Shown: in pieces, positions 1 to 12,600 of the stretch | Position numbering within the stretch: position 1 is the stretch's first letter | How the letters are laid out: each line of letters begins with the position of its first letter | Source: Mobula hypostoma | Taxonomy: Eukaryota | Length of the DNA: 64,000 nt | Assembly (NCBI RefSeq): GCF_963921235.1 | Contig: NC_086097.1 | Coordinates: 142,788,001 to 142,852,000, forward strand | Direction of reading: 5' to 3' | Notes under the pieces: model-generated | The model's input: only the letters and a program-made list of their open reading frames with translations | Database searches by the model: none | Told to the model about the DNA's origin: nothing | Made by a program: the position numbers and the translations under genes

Positions 1-455
1 ATATGGCATTTCCTGGCAAGAATGAGTATGGAATCTGTTGAGTCCTACTCTCCATCACTGATGAATTTATTACTTGGGGAGGAGCAAGTTTAGTTTCCAA
101 TGTAAGAATGTGCATTTAGATAGAGTATTTTATGACTTCAGGACATCTTGGAGTGCTTGTAGCCAGTTAAGTACTTTTGAAGTGCAGTCACTGTGTAATG
201 GAAGAAATGCGGCAACTAGTTTCAGCACAGAAAAAAATATAGCTGATTTTAATTTTCTTTTCAAATTTTTGCATTTTATGGGACCCAGGCAATGCTCGTT
301 AGGGTAGCATTCATTGTTCATCTCTAATTATATTTGAGAAGGTGGTGCTGATTTGCATTCTTGAAACAGTGCTTTCATTTTGAAAGTACTGAGAGTACTG
401 TTGGAAAAGGACTTCCAGGAATTAAACTCAGTGATAATGAAGGAATGGTAATTTA

Positions 456-2052
456 CAGTCAGCTCTCCTTATCCGTGGGTTCTGCATGCGCGGATTCAAC
501 CAACCGCGGATCCGGAGAACCTGGAAGTTCTCTCTCCAGCACTCATTGTTTGTTCGTCTCGCGTCTTGTGTTGTGAGTGAGAGGAAGGACTTTAATTAGA
601 TTCAACTTTATTGTCATTGTGCCGAGTACAGATTCAAAGCCAGTGAAATGCAAAGAATAGTGTTACTCACAAAATAACTGCGAATAAAAAAAGTGCCACA
701 GCACACAAATATAAAAGTACTGAGACAGTACAATATGGGTGCAATACTGCTTAGTGCTGTGATGAGAGGTTCAGCAGTGTCACAGCCTCAGGGAAGAAGC
801 TCTTCCTGTGCCTGCTGGTGCGGGAGCGGAGGCTCCTGTAGTGCCTACCGGATGGGAGGGAGTAAAAAGTCCATGATTAGGGTGAGATGCATCCCTGATA
901 ATGCCTTTCGCCCTGCCCAGGCAGTGTTTATGGTAGATGTTTTCAATGGTGGGCAATTGGGTGCCGATAATCCACTGGGCAGTTTTCACCACACGCTGGA
1001 GCGCTTTGCAGGCCGATACGGGACAATTGCCATACCACACTGAGATGCAGTTGGTGAGTATGCTCTCAATGGTACAGCGGTAAAAGTCCGTCAGTATCCT
1101 GGGACAGAGGTGAGCTTTCTTCATGCTCTGCAGGAAATAAAGGCGCTATTGCGCCTTTTTGATCAGGATGGAGGAGTTCAGGGACCAGGTGAGATCCTCC
1201 GAAATGTGGACACCAAGGAATTTGAAGCTTGATACACACTCCACTACAGCTCCGTTGATGTAGATGGGGACGTGAGTGTGACTCCTGGCATGCCTGAAAT
1301 CCACAATGATCTCTTTGGTCTTCTGGGTGTTAAGGGCCAGGTTGTTGTCGGCACACCACATGGCCAGGTGCTGGACCTCGTCCCTGTAGGCCGTCTCGTC
1401 ATCCCCTCTGATCAACCACCGTGGTGCTGTCTGCGAACTTGATTATGGAGTTGGAACCACGTACAGGAATGCAGTCATAGGTGAAAAGGGAATACAGAAG
1501 AGGGCTCAGCACACAGCCTTGAGGCACACCAGTGTTCAGGGTGAGAGTTGGGGAGGAGAGGTTGTCTAACTTAACTGATTGGGGTCTGTTAGTCAGAAAG
1601 TCCAAGGTCCAATTGCAGAGGGATACGCTGATACCAAGCTGGCGAAGTTTGGTGATCACCTTGAGGGGATCACAGGATTGAATGCCGAACTAAAGTCAAT
1701 GAACAGCATTCTGACGTAAGAGTTGGGGCTGTCCAGGTGGGTCAGGGCAGAGTGAAGTGCTAGTTCTTAAGGCTAGTAAGCAATGGCTGGCTAGGTATGT
1801 AAAGCACTACAGCCTCAAGAACTTCAGGATCACGGGAGAATCGGGATTGGCTGATGCGGAGGCGGCATCAGTGTTCCCAGAAGAGCTACGATGGTTGCGT
1901 CCGTACTGAACACGTACAGACTATTTTTCTTGTCATTATTCCCTAACTAACTATCTAACTAATAATACAGTATAACAACTATTTACATAGCATTTACATT
2001 GTATTAGGTATTATGAGTAATCTAGAGATGATTTAAAGTATACGGGAGGATG
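456..2052 (-). mobile_element. MER2-like non-autonomous Tigger (Tc1/mariner) element, interrupted by a Rex LINE, one end missing
   Basis: TA then cagtcagctctccttatccgtgggttctgcatgcgcggattcaaccaaccgcggatc at 456; 1893-2052 resembles the reverse complement of the MER2 body as I recall it; no second TIR found. Confidence 0.75.
593..1760 (-). mobile_element. 5'-truncated Rex1/Babar LINE (RT C-terminal half and 3'UTR)
   Basis: Frameshifted ORFs with [70 protein letters not shown]. Confidence 0.9.
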
Positions 2053-2054
2053 GT

Positions 2055-3645
2055 CGGTGGTCCTCAACCACCGGGCCGCAAAGCATGTGCTACCTGGCCA
2101 CAAGGAAACAATATGATTTGGTGATATGAAACAATATGAGTCAGCTGCACCTATCCTCATTCCCTGTCATGCCCACTGTTGAACTTGAACGCACACAAGG
2201 TCATTGCCCATATGTCATCCATGTCAGCGTGGGAAGAAGATCAACTCCTCGAGCTTGCAAATGACGGCGGGCTGAAAAGTATGTTTGACATAACATCTCT
2301 GCCAGCATTCTGGATCAAAGTCAAGGCCAAATATCATGAGATAGCCACGGAAGCACTGAAAAAGTTGCTTCCATTTCCAACATAATATCTCTGCGAAGCG
2401 GGGTTTTCTGCAATGAATGCAACAAAAACTAAATTGCGGAATAGACTGGACATAAGGAACCCCCTTCGAGTATCGCTGTCTCCCATCACCCCTCGATAGG
2501 ACCATCTTATTGCAGGAAAACAAGCCCAGGGCTCCCACTGATTCAGCGATATTGGTGTGTTGCAATGATTTTACATGTCCATACGAGGAAAATATGCGCT
2601 GTGTGTTTAATATCCAAATGTTACTTAAGTCATAGTCATAATCATAGTCATACTTTATTGATCCTGGGGGAAATTGGTTTTCGCTACAGTTGCACCATAA
2701 ATAATTAAATAGTAATATGTAAATTATGCCAGGAAATAAGTCCAGGATCAGCCTATTGGCTCAGGGTGTCTGACCCTCCAAGGGAGGAGTTGTAAAGTTT
2801 GATGGCCACAGGCAGGAATGACTTCCTATGACGCTCTGTGTTGCATCTCGTTGGAATGAGTCTCTGGCTGAATGTACTCCTGTGCCCAACCAGTACATTA
2901 TGTAGTGGATGGGAGACATTGTCCAAGAAAGCATGCAACTTGGACAGCATCCTCTTTTCAGACACCACCGTCAGAGAGTCCAAGTTCCATCCCCACAACT
3001 TCACTGGCCTTACGAATGAGTTTGTTGATTCTGTTGGTGTCTGCCACCCTCAGCCTACTGCCCCAGCACACAACAGCAATCATGATAGCACTAGCCACCA
3101 CAGACTCGTAGAACATCCTCAGCATCGTCCGGCAGATGTTAAAGGACCTCAGTCTCCTCAGGAAATAGAGACGGCTCTGACCCTTCTTGTAGACAGCCTC
3201 AGTGTTCTTTGACCAGTCCAGTTTATTGTCAATTCGTATCCCTAGGTATTTGTAATCCTCCACCATATCCACACTGACCCCCCGGTTGGAAACAGGGGTC
3301 ATCGGTACCTTAGCTCTCCTCAGGTCTACCACCAGCTCCTTAGTCTTTTTCACATTAAGCTGCAGGTATGATGTTATTGACTTATAAGTGACTTATAATT
3401 AACTTGTCACTATATTCATGCAAGGAAAATATGCACTGTGTTTAATATTAAATTCATTAGATAGAACCTTTTAGAAACAAAATTGAGCGTATTAGCTACT
3501 TATAAGTGACTTACAAGTGACTTATAGTTGACTTATCACCTATATTTCAGTCGTGATTAACACCCCCCACCCTCTGTCGGCCGGTCCGCAAGAATATTGT
3601 CGATATCAAACCGGTCCATGGTGCAAAAAAGGTTGGGGACCCCTG
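2055..3645 (+). mobile_element. Internally deleted hAT/Charlie element retaining the transposase C-terminal dimerization region
   Basis: Termini cggtggtcctcaacc / ggttggggacccctg; translation LPAFWIKVKAKYHEIATEALKKLLPFPT*YLCEAGFSAM...KQAQGSH. Confidence 0.85.
2629..3366 (-). mobile_element. Rex1/Babar LINE 3' fragment nested in the hAT element
   Basis: KTKELVVDLRR...YKYLGIRIDNKLDW...RLYFLRRLRSF; (tatgac)n-like tail at about 2629-2652. Confidence 0.88.
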
Positions 3646-4226
3646 ACTTAGAGGGTAACATGCAGGTAGTGGTGTTTCTATGTGTCTGCTTAAAGGTATT
3701 TGGTGTGCTATCACAGTAGCCTAGACAAGAAAATGCACTGCGTACTGTAAATAGTACATGCTGCAGCCACTGTATGTTAGTGGTGGAAGAATGAAATTTT
3801 TAGAGTTATGGATAAGGTGTCAGTGAGGTGGGCTATTTAGTCCTGAATTGTGCTTTACAAATGGTGGGGTAACAGGAGGTGAAGCACCCAGTGCAGCATA
3901 CTCAGCTTCTGACCTGCTCTTGTAGCCATGATATTGATTTGGAGAGTCATGTTGAGTTTAGTAAATAGTAACTTCCAGAATGTTGATGATGTGGTACTTG
4001 ATAATGCTAGTGTAATTGACTGCCAAAGGTAGTGAATGAATCTTCTCCAACTTGAGCAGTCCAGGAGTTAAGTGGGCACATGCTTGATTTGTTTTCTCTG
4101 CCTCCAACCCTATCATCATCTTCTTTGGAATTGAGTTAATTTAAGTCTATTTTGTTGTTATCATAAATGTATTTGCATATTTAATTTAAATGTATGCTCA
4201 TGCTTTCATTCTTCTGTTTTTGATAG

Positions 4227-4337
4227 ATGTCAAGTATTTTTCATGGTATGTGAAAGCCAGAGGCATTCTGATACCCTGGTCATGTATTTCAGGGTGCAGA
4301 GCTTGCCATTTACACCGTTTTGGTGTGCAGCCAATTG
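4227..4337 (+). CDS. Candidate internal coding exon (111 nt) of an unidentified host gene
   Basis: Acceptor cttctgtttttgatag, donor G|gtaagt; phase-2 frame CQVFFMVCESQRHSDTLVMYFRVQSLPFTPFWCAAN; a second frame is also open. Confidence 0.5.
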
Positions 4338-4574
4338 GTAAGTGTAACTTGAGCAGCAGCAGGTGTGATGAGCCCACAGTACGGACATAAGCATACCACA
4401 GTCCAGTTGTTTACCACAGGAACTGTAATTGTCTTTTTAAGTTCACCTCAGAGGGCATAAGGGATCCTTCTTTAAAGTTTCACTTTAAAAATCAGAAACT
4501 CCAATGTCCTTGTACTTTGCATATTGTACTTGAAGGGCCTGTTACTATGCTGCATCTTTAAATAAAAATAAATT

Positions 4575-7500
4575 GGTACAGTGAAAAAGAGCTTTGACCA
4601 GTGGACAATCTGGACATCAGAAGTTTTGAGAGGAGGGGACTTCAATCAGGTCCACTACCCGAGTACAGAAGGCAGCAGTGGGTCAGTACAGTGAAAAAGA
4701 GCTTTGAACAGTGACCAATTGGAGGTTGCGATTGATTAGCAAATTAAAGGAAGGCAGGGGCAAGTGCAGTGATGGTTGTCTGAGTGAAGAAAGTCAGAGT
4801 GGTGATATTGAGGCTTTAGCTCTTTGAGGCTTCTGAGAAGAGAAGACTCAGTCAAAGAAAACAGAAGAAAAGAAAAGCTCTAGGTGAAGTTTTTTTTTCC
4901 TTCCCTTCTAGACTAGAATCAGCTAGGATATTAGAGATGCCAGGCAGGAAATTGAAATGCTCCTCTTGCAGGATGTGGGAAGGCAGGGAGACCTCCAGTG
5001 TCCCCGATGACTACAACTGCGAAAAGTGCATCCAGTTGCAGCTTCTAACAATATGTTTTGGAGCTGGAACTAGATGTACTCCGGATCATTTGGGAGACTG
5101 AAGGGGTGATAGGTAGAACATACAGAGTGGTATTTACAGCCAAGGTGCAGGACATAGGGAGATTGAGTGACAGTTAAGAAGGGGAAAGAGGTTAAGGAGC
5201 CAGTAGGGAGTACTCCTGTGGCCATCCCTCTCGACAACAGGTATATCACTTTGGATATTGCTGGGGCGGGGGGGGGAATGACGTAACAGAGGGAAGTCAC
5301 AGTGGTTGGATCTCTGGCACTGAGACTGCCTCTGTGTCTCAGAAGGGGGAAGAAAAGGCATGCTGTGGTGATAAGGGACTCATTAGGGGAACAGACAGGA
5401 GGTTCTGTGGGTGAGAGTGAGATTCCCAGACAGTACATTGCCTCCTGGGTGCCAGGGTCTGGGACATCTCAGATGATGTCCTCAACATTATTAAGTGGGA
5501 GGGTGAACAGCCAGAAGTTGTGGTCCATGTAGATACCAATGAAATGGGTAGGACGAGTGACAAGGTTCTGCATAGGGAGTTCAGGGAGTTAAGTGCTAAG
5601 TTAAAGGGTAGGACTTCCAGGGTTGTGATCTCAGGACTGCTACCTGTGCCACGTGCTAGTGAGGCTAGAATGAGGAAGATTATACAGTTTAATACGTAGC
5701 TAAGAAGTTGGTGTAGCAGGGAGGGCAAAAGATTTTTGGATCTTTGGGCTCTCTTTCAAGGAAGGTGAGACCTGTACAGAAGAGACAGTTTGCACCTGAA
5801 CTGAAAGGGGACTAATATCCTAGTGGGAAGATTTGTTAATGCTGCACAGTGGGGTTTAAACTAGAGTTGCAGGGGCTGGGAACCAGAGTGCCAGAACAGT
5901 TAGTGGAGAGTTTGTGGAGGCAGATGTTGGTAAGACCTCTGACAATGTTAGGAATAAAAAAGTTGAGCATGGTGTGACTAGTGTCTTGAGCTGCCTATAT
6001 TTCAATGCAAGAAGTATTGGAGGAAAGGCAGATAATAGTGCTGAAGATGAGGTAGCTGGTTTACAAACAGAGACAATGTGTAGTGAGGAGAGGCTGTTGA
6101 TAGGGCAAAGTTATAGTCAACAGGATAAGCTGCAATGTAAAAGGCGGCCAAAATTGAAGAGGGTGAATACAGGACTGAATGTTTTCTCTTTGAATGTGCA
6201 CAGTATACGGAATAAGGTCGATGAACTTAAAGCACAGTTACAGATTGGCATATATGATGTTGGCTGAATGAAGATTTATGAGGGAGTTTAATGTCCAAGG
6301 ATACACATTGCATTGAAAGGACAGAGAGGAAGGCAGGCAGAGGGGGTGGTGTGGCTCTGTTGGTAAAAAACAGAATTAAATCATTAGAAAGAGGTGACAT
6401 AGGAAGGTGTTAAATCATTAGGAAGGTGTTGAATCATTGTGGATAGAGCTAAGGAACAGCAAGGGTAAAAAGACCCTGATGGGAGTTGTATACAGACCCC
6501 CAAATAGTAGTAAGGATGTGGTCTACAAGTTACAACAGGAGATGGAAAATGCATTCCAAAAGAGTGATGTTACAATAGTCATGGGGGATTTCAATATGCA
6601 GGTAGATTGGAAAAATCAGGTTGGTGCTGGATTCCAAGAGGGGGAGTTTCTATAATGTCCAAGAGATGGCACTTTAGAGCAGCTCGTGGTTGAGCCCACT
6701 AGGGGATCAGCTATTCTGGATTGGGTGTGGTGCAATGAACTGGAATTGATTTGAGAGCTTAAGGTAAAGGAACCTTTAAGGAGAAGAAGCTAAAGTTAGA
6801 TGTAGCGGTATTACAGTGGAGTAAAGGGAATTACCAAGGTATGGGAGAAGAGTTAGTCAGAATTAATTGTAAAAGAGCACTGGCAAGGATGACGGCAGAA
6901 CAGCAATAGCTGGAATTTCTGGAAGCAATTCAGAAGGCACAGGATAGATACATCCCAAAGAGGAAGAAGTATTCTAAAGGCAAGATAACACAACCATGGC
7001 TAACAAAGGAAGTCAAAGCCAACATTAAATCTAAAGAGGTGGTATATAATAGAGCAAAAATTAGTTGGATGTTAGAGGTTTGGGAAGCTTTAAAGTACCA
7101 ACAGAAGGCAACTAAAAAAAGTAATTAAGAAGATAAAAATGGAATACTAAAGTAAGATTGCCAATAGTATTAAAGAGGAAACCAGAAGTTTCTTCAGATA
7201 CATAAAGTGTAAAAGAGAGGCAAGAGTGGTTATTGGACTGCTGAAAAAAGGCGCTGGAGAGGTAGAAATGGTGGAATAATTGAATAAGTATTTTGCATCT
7301 GTCTTTACTGTGGAAGACACTAGCAGTATGGTTGAAGTTCCAGGTGTCAAGAGTCATGAAGTGTGAGAAGTTACCATTATTAGTGAGAAGGTTCTAGGGA
7401 AACTGAAAGGTTTGATGGTAGATGATGTACACCCCAAGGTTCTGAAAGAGGTGGCTGAAGAGTTTGTGGAGGCAATAAGCAATATAATATTTTGATCCTT

Positions 7501-9532
7501 CAAGAATCACTAGATTCTGGAATGGTTACTGATGACTGGAAAATTGTAAATATCACTCCACTCTTCAATAAGAGAGTGAGACAGAAGAAAGGAAATTATA
7601 GGCCAGTAAGTCTGACCTCAGTAGTTGGGAAGTTGTTGGGAGTCGATTGTTAAGGATGTGGTTTCAGGGTACTTGGAGGCACATGTTAAAATAGGTCGTA
7701 GTCAGCATGGCTTCCTCAAGAGAATATCTTGCCTCACAAACCTGTTGGAATTCTGTGAAGAAATAACAAGCAGGATAGACAAAGAAGAACCGGTACATTT
7801 TCAGAAGGTCTTTGACAAGGTACCATGGTATTACATGAAAGATTTTAGCATGGATAATGCAGTGGTTGATTGGCAAGAGGCAAAGAGTAGGAATAAAGGT
7901 AGCCTTTTTTGGTTGGCTGCCAGTGACTAGTGGTGTTCCACAGGGGTCTGTGTTGAGACCAATTCTTATTATGTTATGTGTCAATGATTTGGATGATGGA
8001 ATTGATGGCTTTGTTGCAAAGTTTGCAGCCGATACAAAGAGAGGTGGAGGGGTAGGTAGTTTTGAGGAAGTAGAGAGTCTACAGAAGGACTTAGACAGAG
8101 TAGGAGAATGTGCAAAGCAATGGCAGAAAGAATACAGTGTCAGCAAGTGTATGGTCATGCACTTTGGTAGAAGAAATGAAAGGGTTGACTTTTTTCTAAA
8201 TGGAAAGAAAATGCAAACAATGAGGTGCAAAGGGACTTGAGAGTTCTTGTGCAGAATTCCCTAAAGGTTAATTTGAAGGTTGAGTCTGTGGTGAGGAAGG
8301 CAAATGCAATGTTAGCATTCATTTCAAGAGGACTCCAAGATAAAAACAAAGGATCTAATGTTGAGACTTTATAAAGCACTGATGAGGCCTCACTTGGAGT
8401 ATTGTGAGAGGGTTTTGAGTTCTCCCTGAGAACTCAAAAAGAAACGTTTTATCAAATCTGGAATAAATGGATTGAATATATAACCCCAATGCGAGCAGAC
8501 TTTAGATGACTCTCCTAATGATTTATATTGCTCTTCTCATCAACACAGTAATATTGCTAATGTAAGCACCCCTAGTCTAAATGTTTGTTTTTTTTTGGAA
8601 AATAGAGAATTAACACAAGTAAAGGGAACGATTTGGGAAAGGGATAAAAAAAAATGAAAAAATTAAGTAAATAAGTACATAGGGATTGGATAATTATGTC
8701 TGCGGGCAGGAACAAGCACGAACAAATTGGGATATAAACACCTACAATGGTTGGTATATAGGCTTGTATGCAACATTTTGGACCAGTGGAAATGGTCCGG
8801 AAGGGTTGTATGGAAACTATTATTACCATTTTTCTTAACAACTAATTTCATTACTTAGCCTAATAGGTTAGATTTACCACAGTACATAATTATCTATTTA
8901 AATGTTTATTTTCCTTTTATATCATCTCAATGTGTACTTAAGAATGTATAAATAATTGTAGTTTTATACATATAACCTTTTCCATTTTTTTATATGTGTG
9001 AAAAAAGTACATGATAAATGTGAATTCCTTATCCAAATAAAAATAAAATTTAAAAAAAAAAGAAAATGATTACAGGATTGAATGCCCTGTCATATAAAGA
9101 ACGTTTGGTAGCTTTGGGCCTGTACTTACTAGAATTCAGAAGAATGAGGGCTGACTTCATTGAAACCTATCACATGGTGAAAGACCTTGATAGAGTGGAT
9201 GTGGAGAGGATGTTTCCTATGATGGGAGAGTCTAAGGCCAGAGGACACTGCCTCAGAATAGAGGGGCAACCTTTTAGGACGCAGAGGAAGAAAAATTTCT
9301 TTAGCCAAAGCGTGGTGAGTCGAATTCTTTGTCACAGGCAGCTGAGAAGGCCAAGTCTTTATGTATATTTAAGGCAGAGGTTGATAGATTCTTGATTGGT
9401 CAGGGCTTGAAGGGCTATGGGGAGAAGGCAGGAAATTGGGGCTGAGAGGAAAAATGGATCAGCCATGATGAAATGGCAGAGCTGACTCAATGGGCCAGTT
9501 GGCCTAATTCTGCTCCTTTGTCTTATGGTCTA
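4575..9532 (+). mobile_element. Near full-length degenerate CR1 LINE (5'UTR, ORF1 zinc finger/esterase, ORF2 APE endonuclease and RT, 3' tail)
   Basis: ORF1 CSSCRMWE...DYNCEKC at about 4957-5030; YRPPNS and MGDFN; GVPQGSVL and KFAADTK; 3' end cctaattctgctcct...tcttatggtc. Confidence 0.92.
8421..9065 (+). mobile_element. Severely 5'-truncated L1-clade LINE inserted in CR1
   Basis: SLRTQKETFYQIWNKWIEYITPMRADFR* resembles fish-type L1 ORF2 C-termini; AT-rich 3'UTR, AATAAA and A-rich tail at about 9036-9065. Confidence 0.7.
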
Positions 9533-9664
9533 AATAAAATAATTCACTTACAAAAGTAAATTGATTTTTGAAAGGAGCACCATGATTTATGGGTCGTATC
9601 GGACTATTTCAAAAATTTGAGTAGGCGTATCTAGTCTCAAATTATGCTTGTATTGGTGATTATG

Positions 9665-12600
9665 CCTTATGTGCTCATTTTGACCATCAAAACACGGAGG
9701 AACCATCACAAACTTCCACATCCTCTGATGATCCAATGATTTCAGTCTCTGAAGCCAACGTCCGAGCAGCCTTCAGGAGGGTGAACCCACAATAACATCT
9801 GGCCCAGATTGGATACTTGGCCAAGCACTAAACACCTGTGCTGAACAACTGACTGACCTTTAACCTCTCAGTTTGGCAGTGTTCGGTACCCACCTGCTTC
9901 ACACAGGCTTCAGGTACACCAGTGCCCAAGAGGAGTGTGGTAACTTGCCTCAATAACTATTGCTCAGTAGCACTTAAATCCACAGTGAAAAAGCACTTTG
10001 AGAAGCTGATGATGAAACACATCAGCTCTTGGCTGAGAAGCGACTTTTAATCACTCCAATTTGCCTACCTGAGCAACAGGCCCACAACAAATGCCATCTC
10101 ATTTGCCTCTCACTCAACCCCAGAACATCTGGACAGCAAAGATACATAAATCAGGATGCTCTTTATGAACTACTGCTTGGTATTCAATATGGTCATCCCC
10201 TCAAAACTAATCAATAAGCCTCAAGACCTTGGCATCAATACCTTCTTATCCTGGATATAGGAGGGAGACTGAAAATCTGACTGAGTGATGTCAACCTAGA
10301 ACAGAGAACAGTACAGCACAGGCACAGGCCATTCAGCTCACAATTTTGTGCTGAACCAGTTAAAAAGCAAATCAGAAACACCCAAACACAAATCCCTCCT
10401 ACTTACACCATGTCCATATCCCTCCATTTTCCTTACATCCATGTGCCTATCCAAACGTCTCTTAAAAGCCACTAATATATTTGCCTCTACCATCATACTA
10501 GGCAGCACATCCAGGCATCTATGACACTCTGAGTACAAAACTTACCCTTCACATCCCCCTTGAACCTACCCCCTCACACCTTCAATGCATGCCCTCTAGT
10601 ATTTTAACCCTGGAAAATAGATACTCTCTGTCCATTCTATCTATGCCTCTCATAATCTTGTTAACCTCTATCAGATGTCCCCTAAGCCTCCGACGCTGCA
10701 GAGAAAACAATGAAACTTTATCCAGCTTCTCGTGATAGCCACTGCCCTCTAAACCAAAAAACATCCTGATAAACCTCTTTTGCACCCTCTCCAAAGCCTC
10801 AAACATCCTTCCGAACTGTACACAACACTCCAGGTGTGCCCTAAGCAGAGTTTTATAAGTTGCAACATTAATCTCCTGACTTTTGAACTCAATGCCTCGA
10901 CTAATAAAAGCAAGTATTCCATAAGCTTTCTTAACCAACTTATTGATCTGTGTAGTCACTTTCAAGGAGCTATGAACTTGGATCCCAAGATCTCCGTGCT
11001 CAGCAACACTTCAGGATCTTGCCCTTAACAGTACAATGTCTCCTTGCATTTGCCCTACTGAGGTGCAAAACCTCACATTTATCTGGGTTAAACTCCATTT
11101 GCCATATCTCAGCCCATCTCAGCATATCTTTGCCAGTCTTCTACACTATCTACAACTCCACCAGTCTTGGTATCATCCACAAATTTACTAACCCATCCAT
11201 CTACATTTTTATCCAGATCATTTATACACATCACAAACAACAGAGGTTCCAGCACTGATCCCTGTGGAACACCACTATTTATGGACCCCCAGCTCAAATA
11301 AGTCCTTCAACCATTACCCTCTGAATCCAAACAGCCAATTCGCCAAGGACCCCACGCATCTTAATCTTCTGGATTAGCCTGCCATGAGGGACTTTGTCAA
11401 ACGCCTCACTAAAATCCATGATGACAACATCCACTGCCTTGCCCTCATCAATCCCTCTTTCAACTTGTCAAAAAACTCAGTCTGGCTCTCTCAAATTAGG
11501 CTATGGATTTCCAAATGCTCATACATTCTGTTCCTAAGTATTTTTTTCCCTTCAATTTCCCTACAACTGATGTGAGACTCACTGGTCTATAGTTCCCCAG
11601 ATTTTCCCTTGTTCCCTTCTTAAATAGAGGTACATTAGCCACTCAGCAGTCCTCTGGGACCTCGCCTGTGGCTAGAGAGGACAGGAACATACTAGTCAAG
11701 GGCCCAGCAATCTAGTCTCTTGCCTCCTTAAATAACCTGGTGTAAATCTCATCAGGCTCTGGGGACTTAACCACCTTAATACTCATTAGAAGACCCAACA
11801 CTTCCTCCTTCTTGACCTCTAAATGCACAAACATATTTATAAACTTATCCCCTGGGCCTCCATAATCTTTTCTTCAGTAAATACTAAAGCAAGGTACTCA
11901 TTAAGTACCTCACTCATATTCTCTGCACCCAAGCAAATGTTCCCCCTTTATCCTTAGTGGTCCCACTCTCTCCTGAGTTATCCTCTTACTCTTGATGTAT
12001 GTATCGAATGCTCTGCGATTCACCTTAATCCTACTCGGCGAGGACTTCTCATGATCCCTCCTGGCTTTCCTAATTCCCTGCTTTAGTTATTTTTTTGGCT
12101 TCTTTATACTCCTCATGTGCTTTGTTTTACCCCAACTTCTGAAGCTTTACGTACTTTTCCTTTTTTGACTAAATTCATCACCTCTCTGGACATCCAAGCT
12201 TCTCTTAACTTTCCATCTCCGTCCTTACTTCTAACAAGAACAGACTCCTCCTGTATTCTGTGCAATTAATCTTTAAGAGACCCTCCAAGTGGGGTGTGGA
12301 CTTGTCAGAGAAAGGGTGTTGCCAATTAATACTTCTTAGTTCCTGCCTAATGCCCATGTAATTTGCCCTACTTTAAAACTCTCCCAGAAGGACCATAACT
12401 ATCCTTATCTATAGCTATCCTGAAAGTTAATGAGTTATGATCACTGTCCCCTAACTGTTCTCCCATTGAAAGATTAGTAACCTGGCCAGGCTCATTACCC
12501 AAAACCAGGTTCAGCTCCTTTTGTTGGACAGTCTGCACATTAATTTAAGAAAACTTCCCGGATACACTTCACAAATTCTGCCCCATCTAAACCCCTTGTT

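Noticed and set aside
6401..6438. 19-bp tandem duplication in CR1 (similar one near 29455-29480)
   Set aside because: Ordinary slippage within dead TE copies.
9535..9660. Unique CpG-containing segment as the missing linking exon
   Set aside because: The required phase-2 frame hits a stop and the open frame has incompatible phases.
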